NCBI GenBank assembly: GCA_963735595.1
Contig: CAVTLK010000002.1
Coordinates: forward strand, 448,001-512,000
DNA: 64,000 nucleotides
Source: an uncultured delta proteobacterium
Lineage (GTDB): Bacteria > Desulfobacterota > Zymogenia > Zymogenales > Zymogenaceae
Reading direction: 5' to 3'
Shown here one piece after another: positions 18,934-29,526 of this stretch. The position numbers and the translations under genes were made by a program. Position 1 is the first letter of the stretch; every line of letters starts with the position of its first letter. Under the pieces are notes generated by a model. It ran no database searches, was not told the origin of the DNA, and saw only the letters and a list, made by a program, of their open reading frames with translations.

Positions 18934-21222
18934 GTGAAAAAGGCAATCATCCTTTTCTTGTATTGTGCTCGCGTAATTTTAAGTCGCGGCCGTATCCGCC
19001 CGGTCCGAACAGGGGCTGCCCGATCTTCCGGGCGGCGCCGTTACGATCCCCTGGTCGGACTTCAAGGAACTTATTAAGGAGCTGATCGCCCCGCCCCCGG
19101 TTGCCCCGGTCGCCCCCGCGCCCCCCGCCGACTATTCGGTAAGTTCGGCGAAATACGCCGGGAGGCTCGAGGGCGACAGCGCCGTATTTTCGGCGTCGTT
19201 TGCGGTCACGGTCCTGGCCGAGAAGAAATGGGTGACGGTGCCGCTTCTCTCCAGCGAGGCCGCGATTTCCGACGTCACGATGGACGGCGTTCCCGTAACC
19301 CTCTCGGTCACAAACGGCATGTATTCCATCATTACCGATAAGCCGGGTGCGCATGCCGTTTCGCTGAAGTTCTTCGTTCCCGCCGATACCGGCGCCGGAA
19401 GGAACTCCCTGCGATATCCCCCTGCCGGAGGTCCCGTCTTCCACCCTTACGTTTTCGGTGCCCAGGCCGGGGCTCGATATACAGATCACTCCCGCCCATT
19501 TCAGGAAGGTTACCGCCTCCGGCGGCGGCACCATGCTCGAAGCCGTGCTTCCGATCACCAGCAGGGCCGCCATTTCGTGGAGCCCCGCGGTACGCGAAGA
19601 GGTCTCCGGCACGCTCAGGGTCCAGGCACAGGTCAACACCATCATCTCGGTGGGCGAGGGGATCGTGAAGGGAGTCACCGACGGTCAGCCTACGACGTCT
19701 CACACGGCAGTCTCTCGTCGTTTTCGATCGTGGTCCCGTCGGCATCGAGATATTGGACGTCTCGGGAGACGCGGTTCGCGATTGGAAGGCGGATCCCGCA
19801 CGGCGACACCTCGACGATCTGATAAACGCCGGGATTTGCGGTCTCCGGCCCGACCAGCATCGTGATCCTCTACGAGCAGAACATGGGGGGAACTACCGCC
19901 GATATCGACGTGCCGCAGATCCAGGTGAACGACGTAGTCCGGGAGTTCGGCTATCTTGCGGTTACCGCCTCGACCAAGGTGGGAATCGAGGAGATATCCT
20001 CGGCCAACCTGGCCGGTTTGGACAGCCACCGAGCTTCCGCCCGATCTCGTCTCCGCGTCGGACAACCCGATTCTCTTTTCCTACAAATATCTCAAGCACC
20101 CCTACGCCCTCAAGCTCTCGGTCGTGACCTACGAGGATATCCCGAGCCTCACCACGGTGGTGACAAAGGCCGACCTTGCCTCTCTGTTGACGGTCCGGGG
20201 CGATCTGGTAACCAGGGCTGTTTTCGAGGTCAAGAACAACGTCAAGCAGTTCATGCGGCTCACACTGCCGGAACATTCTACCCTCTGGAGCGCCTACGTT
20301 TCCGACAGGCCGGTCAAGCCGTCGCTGGACAAGGACGGGGCGATCCTCATCCCCCTTGACCGTTCCGCCCGAACGGACACGGCGCTAACCTCCTTTACGG
20401 TGGAGGTCGTCTATATAACCGGGACCACGCCGCTGGGAAGGCTGTTCGGCAGGCGCGAGTTTACCGCTCCCATAATCGACATACAGACCGACGCACAGGC
20501 GTGGACGGTGTATCTCCCCGAGCGGTATTCCTACCGGAACATCGGAAACGACATGGAGGTCGAGCGCACCCGCCCCCGTCATGTACGGGGCAGACATGGA
20601 AGTCAACGCGCCGGCATCGATTCCCCAGGAAGAGATGGACGCGGCCGATGAGATGTACCGGGGCGCCGTCGAGAAGAAGGAGCTCCAGTCACAGCTCTAC
20701 ATGGAGAAGAACATCTACGCAGAGGGGCTGTCGGCCATAGGCGGCACGACCGGTATGAAGGGTGTGCTGCCGGTAAAGCTCGACATCCCGTTTTCGGGCC
20801 GCGAGATGAGCTTTACCAAGGCAATCGTCAGGCCCGGCGAGCGCTCAACGGTGCGGATCAGATATGAGGGGAAGGGGGTTTCGGGCCTGCTCTTCTACAT
20901 CGTGATGGCGCTGTGCGCGGTCATATTCGTCTGCCTGATCATCGCCGCGCGGCGGTCCGTGGAGGCTCGGCGGCTTGTCGTTGATCAAAGGCTCGCGGCG
21001 CTGCTCGGGGCGGCGCTGGTAATCCTCATCCTGGTCGCCGTTTTACTGATCAGTGGACACCGGCGCGGTCTGGGGGGGCTCGGCGTCGCCATTATCATCG
21101 GCGGCGGTCTGTTTGCCCGGGACCTGGCTGAAAAAATCAGGGAGATTACACGGCGCGCAAAGGCTCAACGGACCAACAGGGAAAAGCAAAGTCCTGCTAC
21201 GGAAAAGAAACATGAGAAGTAG
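18934..21222 (+). CDS. Large hypothetical exported/membrane-anchored protein, paralog 1; frameshifted
   Basis: GTG after GGGAGG, hydrophobic N-terminus, Pro-rich linker and C-terminal TM helices. Motifs are shared with the downstream paralog. Confidence 0.6.
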
Positions 21223-23200
21223 GGTCCTCCCGGCGCTGTTGATTCTTTTTCTTGTCGTCTCGGTGCAACAGGTTCGCGCCGAAACGGGTACGCTCCCGTC
21301 GATGCCCGATACGAAGATCACCGTGCCGTGGGATTGGTTCATTACGGTGCTGAGGGAGTTGGGCGATACGCCTCTCCCGCCGCCGATCCCACCGCCGGCC
21401 GATGTTGTGATCGGCAGGGCGACCTATACGATGAATCTTTCCTCCGGAAGGCTGGAGTCTTCGGTAACTATCGAGGCGATGACCTTCGGGGACGGCTGGC
21501 ACGAGCTGTTTGTCGCCGGGCGGGATACGCCCCTGGTCTCGGTTACCGTCGACGGGAACGATGCGGTGACGCTCGTCCGGCCGGACGGCGTGTGGGTGGC
21601 GCTGCCGGCGGCGGGCAGGCGGACGATCCGCGCCGTCGTCGTCAGTGACGCGCCCGAGACCCCGGGCCCCATACGGTAACGATATCGGGTCCCGACGCGG
21701 CGGTCCGGGGGGTCGACCTGACCTATCCGCGAGGCTTTGCCGACGTGGGGGTCGGCGGGGTGGTTATTTCCTCGGCGCCGGGGAGGATCTCATCGGTGCT
21801 TTCGGGCGGCGGCGGCATTACGCTTTCCTACACGGCGGCCGCCGCAGAAGGGCCCACGGTTCCCGGAAAGACGGCGAGCGGTCCTCCGGAGATAATCGCC
21901 GAAGTCGTGTCGGTGATGGATGTCCAGGAGGAAGCGGTGGTCCTCAAGACCCGTATCGCCTGCGAGGTACGCAACGCACCCGTGCGGTCGTTTCGGGTGA
22001 AGTCTCCCGAAGGGCTTTGACCTCCTGGACGTAACGGGAGACGGGATCGCGTCATGGAAGACGTCGGAAGATCACTCGGAACTTACCGTTACCGTCGGAT
22101 ACGACGTCGTCGGCGGCTACGTGCTTCAGCTTACGTTCGAAGGGCCTAAGATAGAAACGGCCGATGTCCTCCCATTTCCAAAGGTGATGCCTGTCGGTGT
22201 GGAACGGGCGACGGGGTTTCTCGCGGTCGTCTCGGGCGGCGGGTTTGAGGTTACGGAAAAGGAGACCAATCTTCTCACCCCCAGGGATCCCTCGGAGCTT
22301 CCGGAGGCGATCCTTTCCCTTTCGGCGCTGCCGCCCATCCTTGCCTACCGGTTTACCGATCCGGGTTTCTCCCTCTCGGTAGCGGTCGGAAAAGGGAAGG
22401 ACCTATCGGCGCTTTCGGCCTACGTCGATTCGGCCAATTCGGTCGTTCTGGTGACGGCCGACGGCAAGATGGTCGTGAGGACGAACTACTTCGTCCGCAA
22501 CAGGAGCCTCCAGTTCCTCAGGATAACCCTTCCGGCCGGGTCGGTCTTCTGGTCGGCGACGGTACGGGGGACTCCGGCGCGGACGGCGGCCGACCGTGAA
22601 GGGATCGTCATGATACCGCTGCCGATGGGCGCGGTCAGCGCGGCGGAGCCCTTTGTCGTCTCGGTCGTTATCTTCGTACCGGTGCCGCGGATGCGGTGGG
22701 CCGGACGGCTCGGGCTGGGACTGCCGAGCCTCGAGATCCCAACGGGAGAGGTGATGGCCACCTTCTACCTCCCGGATGACGCATCGTACCTGTCTTTCGG
22801 CGGGGACATGGAGGCAATCGAATATTTCACGGAGGTGCTTGCCCCGGACGCGACGGAATCGTTTATGTCCGATAACCTGCGTCTCAGGAAGACGGTCTAC
22901 GAACGGCAGGATGACCTCGAAAAGGCCATCAATAAACAGCAGCAGATGCCGGAGAGTGGTGACACGGGATTGCCGCCGGCGCCCGAGGGTTTCGACCTGC
23001 CGCTGAGGGGAAAGGAATTCCGCTTCGTGAAGCTGATCGCGATGGGGGAGAAAACCGGCGTGCGCGCCACCTACGTCGACCGGAGCCTGCTTGTCATTGT
23101 TATAGTCCTTGCGGTGGTATTAGCCGGGGCGTTTATCCTCCGGTACCGGCGTGTGCTGTGGAATATCGTTAGCGGGCTCAGGGATAAAGGTAAACGCTGA
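21212..23200 (+). CDS. Large hypothetical exported/membrane-anchored protein, paralog 2; frameshifted
   Basis: Signal peptide MRSRVLPALLILFLVVSVQQVRA, PPPIPPP linker and C-terminal TM helix. Built from ORFs 21053.., 21745.. and 22121..23200. Confidence 0.65.
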
Positions 23201-23322
23201 ATGACCCGTCGGTCGGCCCGGGTAATCGATCTTATGTCTTTGTGCGGCCGCCGTCGAGTTCCAGCAGTGCCGGGGTGAGGGTACTGTGGAGCGTGAAGGG
23301 GGGGCGAAATACAGCGGCACTA

Positions 23323-24924
23323 TCAGATCGGGCCGGGAGCTTCGTCGTCAGTGTCGGGCCTCTCTCGGCAATACTTATCCACCAGCACGTACTTCGTTAC
23401 CTTACCGACCCTGTTGCGGGGCAGCATAGTCGAAAAGATGATTCGCTGCGGTATCTCGTTGGCCGTAACCCTCTCGCGACACCATTCGATCAATGCCTCC
23501 TTCGAGATGCTTTTACGCGGGTCTCGAACCACCACCGCGACGACCGCCTGGCCCAGGGTATCGTCAGGCAGTCCAATGACCGCCACGTCAAGGACCCCCT
23601 CGCAAGACGCGAGGACCTCCTCCACGCCCAGCGCGAAAACCGTCTTGCCCGCGCTTACGATCATATCCTCCCGCCTGCCCATGAAGTAGAGGAAATCGTC
23701 TTCATCCAGACGGCCCCAGTCGCCCGTGTAGAACCAGCCGTCCCGGTACGAATCCGCGTTCCGTTGCTCGTCCTTGAAATATCCAGCGGTAACGCTAACC
23801 CCGCGGCAGACGATCTGGCCGATCTCGCCGGCCGGCACATCCTTTCCATCCCCGTCCACAATGCGCAGGTCCGTCCCGAAGTACCGGGTTCCTACGGAAG
23901 CGGGATTGATCCGTTTATCTTCCGGCCCCATGAGCGTGATAACACCCGCCTCATGCATGCCGTAGAACTCATAAATGTTGGGGCAGATGCGCTCCATCAC
24001 CTCATGCTGCAGGGCGACGGGAAACGGGCTGTTAGAAAAGGATATGCCCCTGAGTGACGACAGATCATATCGATCAAGATCCGGAATCCTAAGAATGAGG
24101 GATGCTAAAGGCGGTGACCAGTTGGTAATGGTGACGCGCTCATCCTGGATGATCCTCAGCATTCCGGCGAGGTCCGTAATTTCCGGCTGGAGAAAGACGT
24201 TGCGCGCTCCGGTCAGGAAGCCGGCCCCGTACCAGACGAGCCCTCCCCTGCCGTAGAGGGGAAAGACGGTCAGGATCACGTCATCGCTTGTGACGTCATG
24301 GGTCGTCGTAAAAAAACCCAGCCCAAAAAGGCCGTTGCCGTGAGTCAGCGGGAAGACCTTCCGGGGGCCGGTCGTGCGCGAGGTGGTATCTATGCACTGG
24401 ATATCGTCCGAATCGACCTCGATGAAGGGAAGATCGGCATGGGATTCCGCGATCAACTCCTCGTAGGGGAGCGCGTAGCCGGCTTCACGTTTCCCGATGC
24501 AGATAAAGGTCGTGACGCCGGGGAGGCTCTTCTTGACTTCCTCGGCTGTCGTGGCATATATATCCTCAAACAGGAGGACCCGAGCCCCGACGAATCCGAG
24601 ATACTCGACGATATCCGGGGGACTGAACCCCCATTGAAGAGGAACCGCAACCGCCCCGATCTTGACGAGGGCCCCGTATATCTCTCCGGCCTCCGCCCGG
24701 TTTCTGCATTGAAAGGCGCAGTGATCCCCTTTCTTCACTCCCCGGCCTATCAGGGCGACTGCCAGCCGGTTCGTCCGCTCCTCGACGTGCCGGAACGTGA
24801 ACCGCCGGCCTGTCATGGAGCAGAAGACGGCCTCGCGATCGCGGAAGCGTGCGGCCGCCGTTTTAATGAGGGTTGCCTGGGTTATCTGTGATGCCCGAGC
24901 GGATGATCGGCCGGTTTCGCTCAT
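23323..24924 (-). CDS. AMP-dependent synthetase / acyl-CoA ligase
   Basis: TTSRTTGPRK (variant P-loop), FYGMHEAG, WFYTGDWG, GRREDMI, PRNRVGKV. ATG 24924 with SD AGGAG. Confidence 0.85.
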   Translation of the reverse strand: MSETGRSSARASQITQATLIKTAAARFRDREAVFCSMTGRRFTFRHVEERTNRLAVALIGRGVKKGDHCAFQCRNRAEAGEIYGALVKIGAVAVPLQWGFSPPDIVEYLGFVGARVLLFEDIYATTAEEVKKSLPGVTTFICIGKREAGYALPYEELIAESHADLPFIEVDSDDIQCIDTTSRTTGPRKVFPLTHGNGLFGLGFFTTTHDVTSDDVILTVFPLYGRGGLVWYGAGFLTGARNVFLQPEITDLAGMLRIIQDERVTITNWSPPLASLILRIPDLDRYDLSSLRGISFSNSPFPVALQHEVMERICPNIYEFYGMHEAGVITLMGPEDKRINPASVGTRYFGTDLRIVDGDGKDVPAGEIGQIVCRGVSVTAGYFKDEQRNADSYRDGWFYTGDWGRLDEDDFLYFMGRREDMIVSAGKTVFALGVEEVLASCEGVLDVAVIGLPDDTLGQAVVAVVVRDPRKSISKEALIEWCRERVTANEIPQRIIFSTMLPRNRVGKVTKYVLVDKYCRERPDTDDEAPGPI

Positions 24925-24926
24925 CG

Positions 24927-25361
24927 TCAAGGTTTCTCCTTCTGAACTGGTGCGAATAAGCGCGCGCGGGCCGACCGAACGCAACGTGCGATCTTCCCCT
25001 TGATGATACCTGCAGTCATGTTAGCCCGGGAGAGGAGGGCCGTCAACTTCCCGCGATGTGGGCGGATCAACCCCCGGGCGGCGCGGGAGACCATGACTAC
25101 CCTGGGTATGCCGCCGGTCGGCAGCTGGACGGGCGGATCGGGATAGGTAAGGCTGTCTCCCTTGCTGGTGATCCGGGGAGGGGCCTGACTCCTGTCGATT
25201 TTGACGATCCGATGCACAACATACTCGTTTTCCCGGCCGATGCAGACGATGTCGCCCGGCGCGCAATCGTCCGGGGCGGCGATCTCGAGGATCAGGGTAT
25301 CGCCCGGGCGGAGCGCAGGATACATGCTGTACCCCCGGAATGTGATCCGTCTATAGTCCAT
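24927..25361 (-). CDS. S24/S26 signal-peptidase-like protein
   Basis: FRGYSMYPALRPGD...VVHRIV...ITSKGD. Confidence 0.75.
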   Translation of the reverse strand: MDYRRITFRGYSMYPALRPGDTLILEIAAPDDCAPGDIVCIGRENEYVVHRIVKIDRSQAPPRITSKGDSLTYPDPPVQLPTGGIPRVVMVSRAARGLIRPHRGKLTALLSRANMTAGIIKGKIARCVRSARARLFAPVQKEKP

Positions 25362-25421
25362 TTGCGTCTGTAGTCTATCTCGTGTCTATTGGCGACACGC
25401 GACGGTCGAGCGCGACCGGGC

Positions 25422-25676
25422 CTACGGCGATTTCCCGTAGTTGCAGTTCTGCGCGGTATTACCATTGCGGCAGTTTTGCGGCGTGGCCGAGTTGCCCTGG
25501 GCGCATGAGACGGTCGCCGCGGTACCGGTGTTACAGTCGCTCGTTGCCTGGCTGCCCGTTCCGCACTGACCCGTCGCGGTCGGTCCCGTGACGCACCGCG
25601 TCGCGCCTACTGCCTGGGTATAGTCCACCTGCAGATCGATGATCTTCGGCGGCTCATACGGCTTTTTTTGTTTCAT
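25422..25676 (-). CDS. Cys-rich RiPP precursor (ScmA-like) with six CxxG repeats
   Basis: Leader has YEPPKI (YxxP RRE-binding motif). Core has CVTG, CGTG, CNTG, CAQG, CRNG and CNYG at 9-11 aa spacing. Confidence 0.8.
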   Translation of the reverse strand: MKQKKPYEPPKIIDLQVDYTQAVGATRCVTGPTATGQCGTGSQATSDCNTGTAATVSCAQGNSATPQNCRNGNTAQNCNYGKSP

Positions 25677-26637
25677 CGGCTATTCCCCTGAAAAAAGGTT
25701 TGGGGTCAAAATCCCGGGCAAAAACGAGGGTCGAGACGGGATGTCTCCGACAAAGCTCTCCGGCGAGATTGAAGGCCCTGGCCGCCGGCTTATGACCCAT
25801 GAACCGAAAGAAATGGATGTGATTGGAAAGCAGCATCGACAACGCCCGGCCCGGCGACAGATCGGCGATCCGGTTTTCCGATCCCTTTTCGAGAAACAGG
25901 ATGCGCGTGAGGGGAGCCGGGCCTGCGGGCTTATGAACCGGGTCTACCTGAGAAAAGGGGGTCGGGAAGAGGGAAGATGTCCCGCCGTTTTGCGAACACC
26001 ACGACCCGTCGTCCGAGAGTACCAGTCCGGGATCAACCGCGCGGGCGATCGTACTTTTGCCCGCACCGGAATTTCCGACAAAGAGATAGCCGTCGCCATC
26101 CAGGACCAGGGATGCGGCATGGAGCATAAGTGCCCCGTAATCCGGGGCGCACAGGGCCAGAACTCCCTGAAGCACGGGTGTCAAAGACGACTCCCTGTCC
26201 CAATCTTCTTCGACTTTTACAAGGGCGTCTGCCCGCCCGAGCCGGTGATCCACCGCCACGATAAAGCCGGCGCGCGGGATTACCGAGACGTCTCCCGCAC
26301 CAAACGCGGCCAACAGCGGCAGCGATACGGTTCCGGGCCGTATCGGCAATCTACGGCCGGTCGTGCGCCCGTAGGTTACCCCGGTGAACGGAAACCTCCG
26401 CTCTAATGCCTGGGCGATATGCTGTATCCGCGCGAGGTCTTCGGGCGTCAATATCTCATCCCAGGATGACCCGGAGACCTGCATTACCGACAGGCTGATT
26501 GAGACCCGGTTTCTTTTCCTCCCCGCGAAACGGGAGATCGGATCGTCCGGCCTGTGGCCGATGCTCATCGTCGGCTCGCCCTCCCTGTGATTGGCGATGG
26601 TTATATCCACCGAGACCCCTCCGACCGTGACGATCAT
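25654..26637 (-). CDS. HprK-related P-loop protein (ScmC-like)
   Basis: LMLHAASLV..LFVGNSGAGKST..LSDD..PTPFS; located beside two rSAM genes and PqqD. Confidence 0.72.
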   Translation of the reverse strand: MIVTVGGVSVDITIANHREGEPTMSIGHRPDDPISRFAGRKRNRVSISLSVMQVSGSSWDEILTPEDLARIQHIAQALERRFPFTGVTYGRTTGRRLPIRPGTVSLPLLAAFGAGDVSVIPRAGFIVAVDHRLGRADALVKVEEDWDRESSLTPVLQGVLALCAPDYGALMLHAASLVLDGDGYLFVGNSGAGKSTIARAVDPGLVLSDDGSWCSQNGGTSSLFPTPFSQVDPVHKPAGPAPLTRILFLEKGSENRIADLSPGRALSMLLSNHIHFFRFMGHKPAARAFNLAGELCRRHPVSTLVFARDFDPKPFFRGIADETKKAV

Positions 26638-27722
26638 CGATCCACCATCCTTCCGGGCGGGAAAAGACCTTTATTGTAGGCCTCCTCGCACATCCAATGG
26701 GACGCAGCAACGCTTCCCGACAGGACAAAAGCGTCCGCCCGGCAGGAGCCGAGGCAGATCCCCGCCATAACGCACCGACCGCAGATTCCTTCCATTCGGT
26801 GTGGGACGACCTCCCGGAGCCGTTTAAGTACGGGGCTTTTCCCCCAGATCTCCGCCAGATCGTCGGTCCGGATATTGCCCATGACCAGATCCGGTTCCTC
26901 CCGGCCGATACCGCAGATCGAAATACCCCCGTCGGAAAGGATGCCGATAATGTTCAGCACGCGGCACTGGGAGTTTCTTCTGTCGAACAGGTGACCGATC
27001 GGCTTGAGGGCCGAGGGAATAGTGAAGAAAGTCTCAATGCCGTTACGGTCCGAGAGGTCCCTCTCCACCCACTCGGAGAGGGCCAGCAATTCTTCTACCT
27101 GCAGGGTCTCACCCCGATCCGTCAGCGCGCCGCCCCTGCCGACGGGATTGACGGGATTGATTTTCACCGAAGGCGTACCGATCCGCCGCGCCAGGTCAAC
27201 GACCCCCTCAATATCGGCGGCGTTTTCACGAACCAGGCTCATAATGAGCTGGACGGAAATGCCCTCGGCAGTGAGTAGTTCTGCGCCCGAGACGGCGTCG
27301 TCAAACGCGCCATTGACGCCCCGGAAGGAGTCGTGAAAGGAGGGGCGGTGGCTGTCAAGGCTGACGCTGAGAGAGGTTACCCCGTGTTTCTTTAGGAAAG
27401 CGGCGGTCTCGCGGTCGATCAGTGTCCCATTGGTCTCCACAAAAATCGTGAGGCCGCTGCCGGAAGCCAATTCGACGATCTCGAATATATTTCGGTTCAG
27501 GAAGGGCTCCCCGCCGGTGATCTTCACATGGGAGAGGCCCAGGGGCGTCGCCTTATCGATCACCTTGCGCACGTCGGCGGCCGTGAGGGAGTCTTTGGCC
27601 GTCTCGTCACGGGCGGCGAAGGTCGGGGATATCCAGCAGTGGGCGCATCGGAGGTTGCACTCGCCCGAGAGGTACAGGTATGCGTGGATAAGAGGATACG
27701 CGGATGTCCTATCGGCTCGCAT
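26634..27722 (-). CDS. Radical SAM/SPASM protein (ScmF-like)
   Basis: ATG 27722 with SD GAGGAGG. YLSGECNLRCAHCWISP, KITGGEP, VETNG; SPASM CRVLNIIGI..SICGIG..CGRCVMAGICLGSCRA. Confidence 0.85.
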   Translation of the reverse strand: MRADRTSAYPLIHAYLYLSGECNLRCAHCWISPTFAARDETAKDSLTAADVRKVIDKATPLGLSHVKITGGEPFLNRNIFEIVELASGSGLTIFVETNGTLIDRETAAFLKKHGVTSLSVSLDSHRPSFHDSFRGVNGAFDDAVSGAELLTAEGISVQLIMSLVRENAADIEGVVDLARRIGTPSVKINPVNPVGRGGALTDRGETLQVEELLALSEWVERDLSDRNGIETFFTIPSALKPIGHLFDRRNSQCRVLNIIGILSDGGISICGIGREEPDLVMGNIRTDDLAEIWGKSPVLKRLREVVPHRMEGICGRCVMAGICLGSCRADAFVLSGSVAASHWMCEEAYNKGLFPPGRMVDR

Positions 27723-28854
27723 AAGACCCCTCCTCTTCGCGAAGCTTGAGACAGCAGGACGGGTCCCGGGCAAGCGTTGAGCCGCAGGCGGAAAAGGCCG
27801 ATGCGGCGCACCCCGCCGTGCAGTAAGGGGCATATCTGCAGTCCGTGCAGGTGGGAAGGCTCGTGATCGGGGTAACGAAGCGCCTGCGAAATTCCCGGAA
27901 TACCGCCGATTTGCTCCATATCGTGTCAAGGTCCGTCTCGAGGATGTTGCCAGCCACGAGCTCGGTGAGGCGATCGCAGGGAGTTGCGTGCCCGTCCGGC
28001 CGGATGGCGCATTCGGTGCGCAACGCACCGCATCCCGAAAGGCAGTTTATGCCCCCATCGTTTGGGGCCTCGCCTTCGGCACTGACCGAGCGGATGCCGG
28101 CAAAGATGTCATCTATCTGGAGGAAAGTGCCCGAGACGGAGGGATAGGTCTCCTTCAACTCCCGGAGGGACGCGGTGACCTCGCGCCGTTCTTCAGCTGA
28201 GAGATCGAGCTCGCCCCGATTGTCGTGGCCACGGCCGAGCGTGATGAGGTCATTGAATTTCACCCCCCGGATGCCGAGCTCCTCGGCCAACCTTGCCACC
28301 TCTTCCAGCCGCCGGAAGTTCAGGCGGGTCACGGTGCAATAAGCCGAGATTCGGCCAATTCGTTCGATGAGATAGTCCAGGCCCCGGACCGTCTCATAAA
28401 AGGCCCCGGGTCCGCGCAGCGCGTCGTGAACTTCCTCCGACCCGCCGTCAAGGCTCACCATGATATCCGAGAGCTTGGCCCCGTACTTTTGAAGGCGCCG
28501 TGCCGCCCCGTCGTCGATGAGGGCGGCGTTCGTGTTGAGGGAAAAACGGATCGGCTTTTGCGAGAGATGATCAAGGATCGTGAAGATATCCTCCCGTACG
28601 AAGGGCTCCCCGCCGCTGATCTTGACGCGGAACACCTTAAGATAGGCGATATGATCGATAAATGAAAGCCATTGAGGGGTCGTAAGATCCGGCCCGTAGG
28701 CATGATCCTTCCCGTAAACGGCGCAGTGGAGGCAGGACAGGTTGCATCGGGACGTAATGGAGATAAAGACGGACAGCGGCGCCCGCGGTATCTTCGGGGG
28801 GATGGGGGATATATCTCTGACCCGGTTGCGGCCGGCTGCGCTATCTGTGGTCAC
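27709..28854 (-). CDS. Radical SAM/SPASM protein (ScmE-like)
   Basis: ITSRCNLSCLHC, ISGGEP, LNTN; SPASM LSGCG..RPDG..PC..CTDCRYAPYCTAGCAA. Confidence 0.85.
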   Translation of the reverse strand: MTTDSAAGRNRVRDISPIPPKIPRAPLSVFISITSRCNLSCLHCAVYGKDHAYGPDLTTPQWLSFIDHIAYLKVFRVKISGGEPFVREDIFTILDHLSQKPIRFSLNTNAALIDDGAARRLQKYGAKLSDIMVSLDGGSEEVHDALRGPGAFYETVRGLDYLIERIGRISAYCTVTRLNFRRLEEVARLAEELGIRGVKFNDLITLGRGHDNRGELDLSAEERREVTASLRELKETYPSVSGTFLQIDDIFAGIRSVSAEGEAPNDGGINCLSGCGALRTECAIRPDGHATPCDRLTELVAGNILETDLDTIWSKSAVFREFRRRFVTPITSLPTCTDCRYAPYCTAGCAASAFSACGSTLARDPSCCLKLREEEGSYASR

Positions 28855-28908
28855 GATTTTGTCTCCCGCGTTTGTTTTTCCATGTCAGGATACGTTTTCC
28901 GGGTTACC

Positions 28909-29526
28909 TCAGACGCCGATTAGTCCCCGAGTCACCAACCCCTCGATGAACGCCTCTACGTCGCGGCCGATCCGTTCCGGCTCGACCTGGGAGAACTCGG
29001 ACGCCACGGTATTAATGATATCGGCAAGAGTCCTTTTCCCGTCTATCTGGCTGATCACTATGAGCCCGGTTTCGTTGACTGCCGAAAGCTCGTCGGTAAC
29101 CGGGTCGAATATAAAGGCTCCGTCGTCTTCTTGCCGGATGACGGTCTCCCGTTTGATTCTGGGTATGAACGAGCGGTCAGGCGCCATGGCAATGACTCCC
29201 TTTTTAAGCAGTTCACGATAGATCTTTTTTACGTCCCGAGTAACGACTTTCGTTTTCTTATCGAAGTCCCAGGCGACCATCCGGGCGATCCATTCGAGGT
29301 TTAGTGTGCCGTTGGTAAGTCGAATGACCGCCGCGGCCGTGTGGTTGAGGGGATAGACGCTCCGGCTCTCAATATTAAAGAGGACAATCTCGTCCCGCGT
29401 GCATTCGCATACAAGGATTCTATCGACGAGCTGGAAGACACTCCTCTCCGAGAACCTGACTTGCCGCTCGTAGACACGCCGCATGAAAGAGAGACAGTAA
29501 GAGAGTATTCTGCCGACAACTGCCAT
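28909..29526 (-). CDS. Tandem PqqD/RRE domain protein (ScmD-like)
   Basis: Two repeats of the PqqD pattern: LFNIESRSVYPLNHTAAAVIRLTNG and IFDPVTDELSAVNETGLIVISQIDG..GL. Confidence 0.8.
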   Translation of the reverse strand: MAVVGRILSYCLSFMRRVYERQVRFSERSVFQLVDRILVCECTRDEIVLFNIESRSVYPLNHTAAAVIRLTNGTLNLEWIARMVAWDFDKKTKVVTRDVKKIYRELLKKGVIAMAPDRSFIPRIKRETVIRQEDDGAFIFDPVTDELSAVNETGLIVISQIDGKRTLADIINTVASEFSQVEPERIGRDVEAFIEGLVTRGLIGV

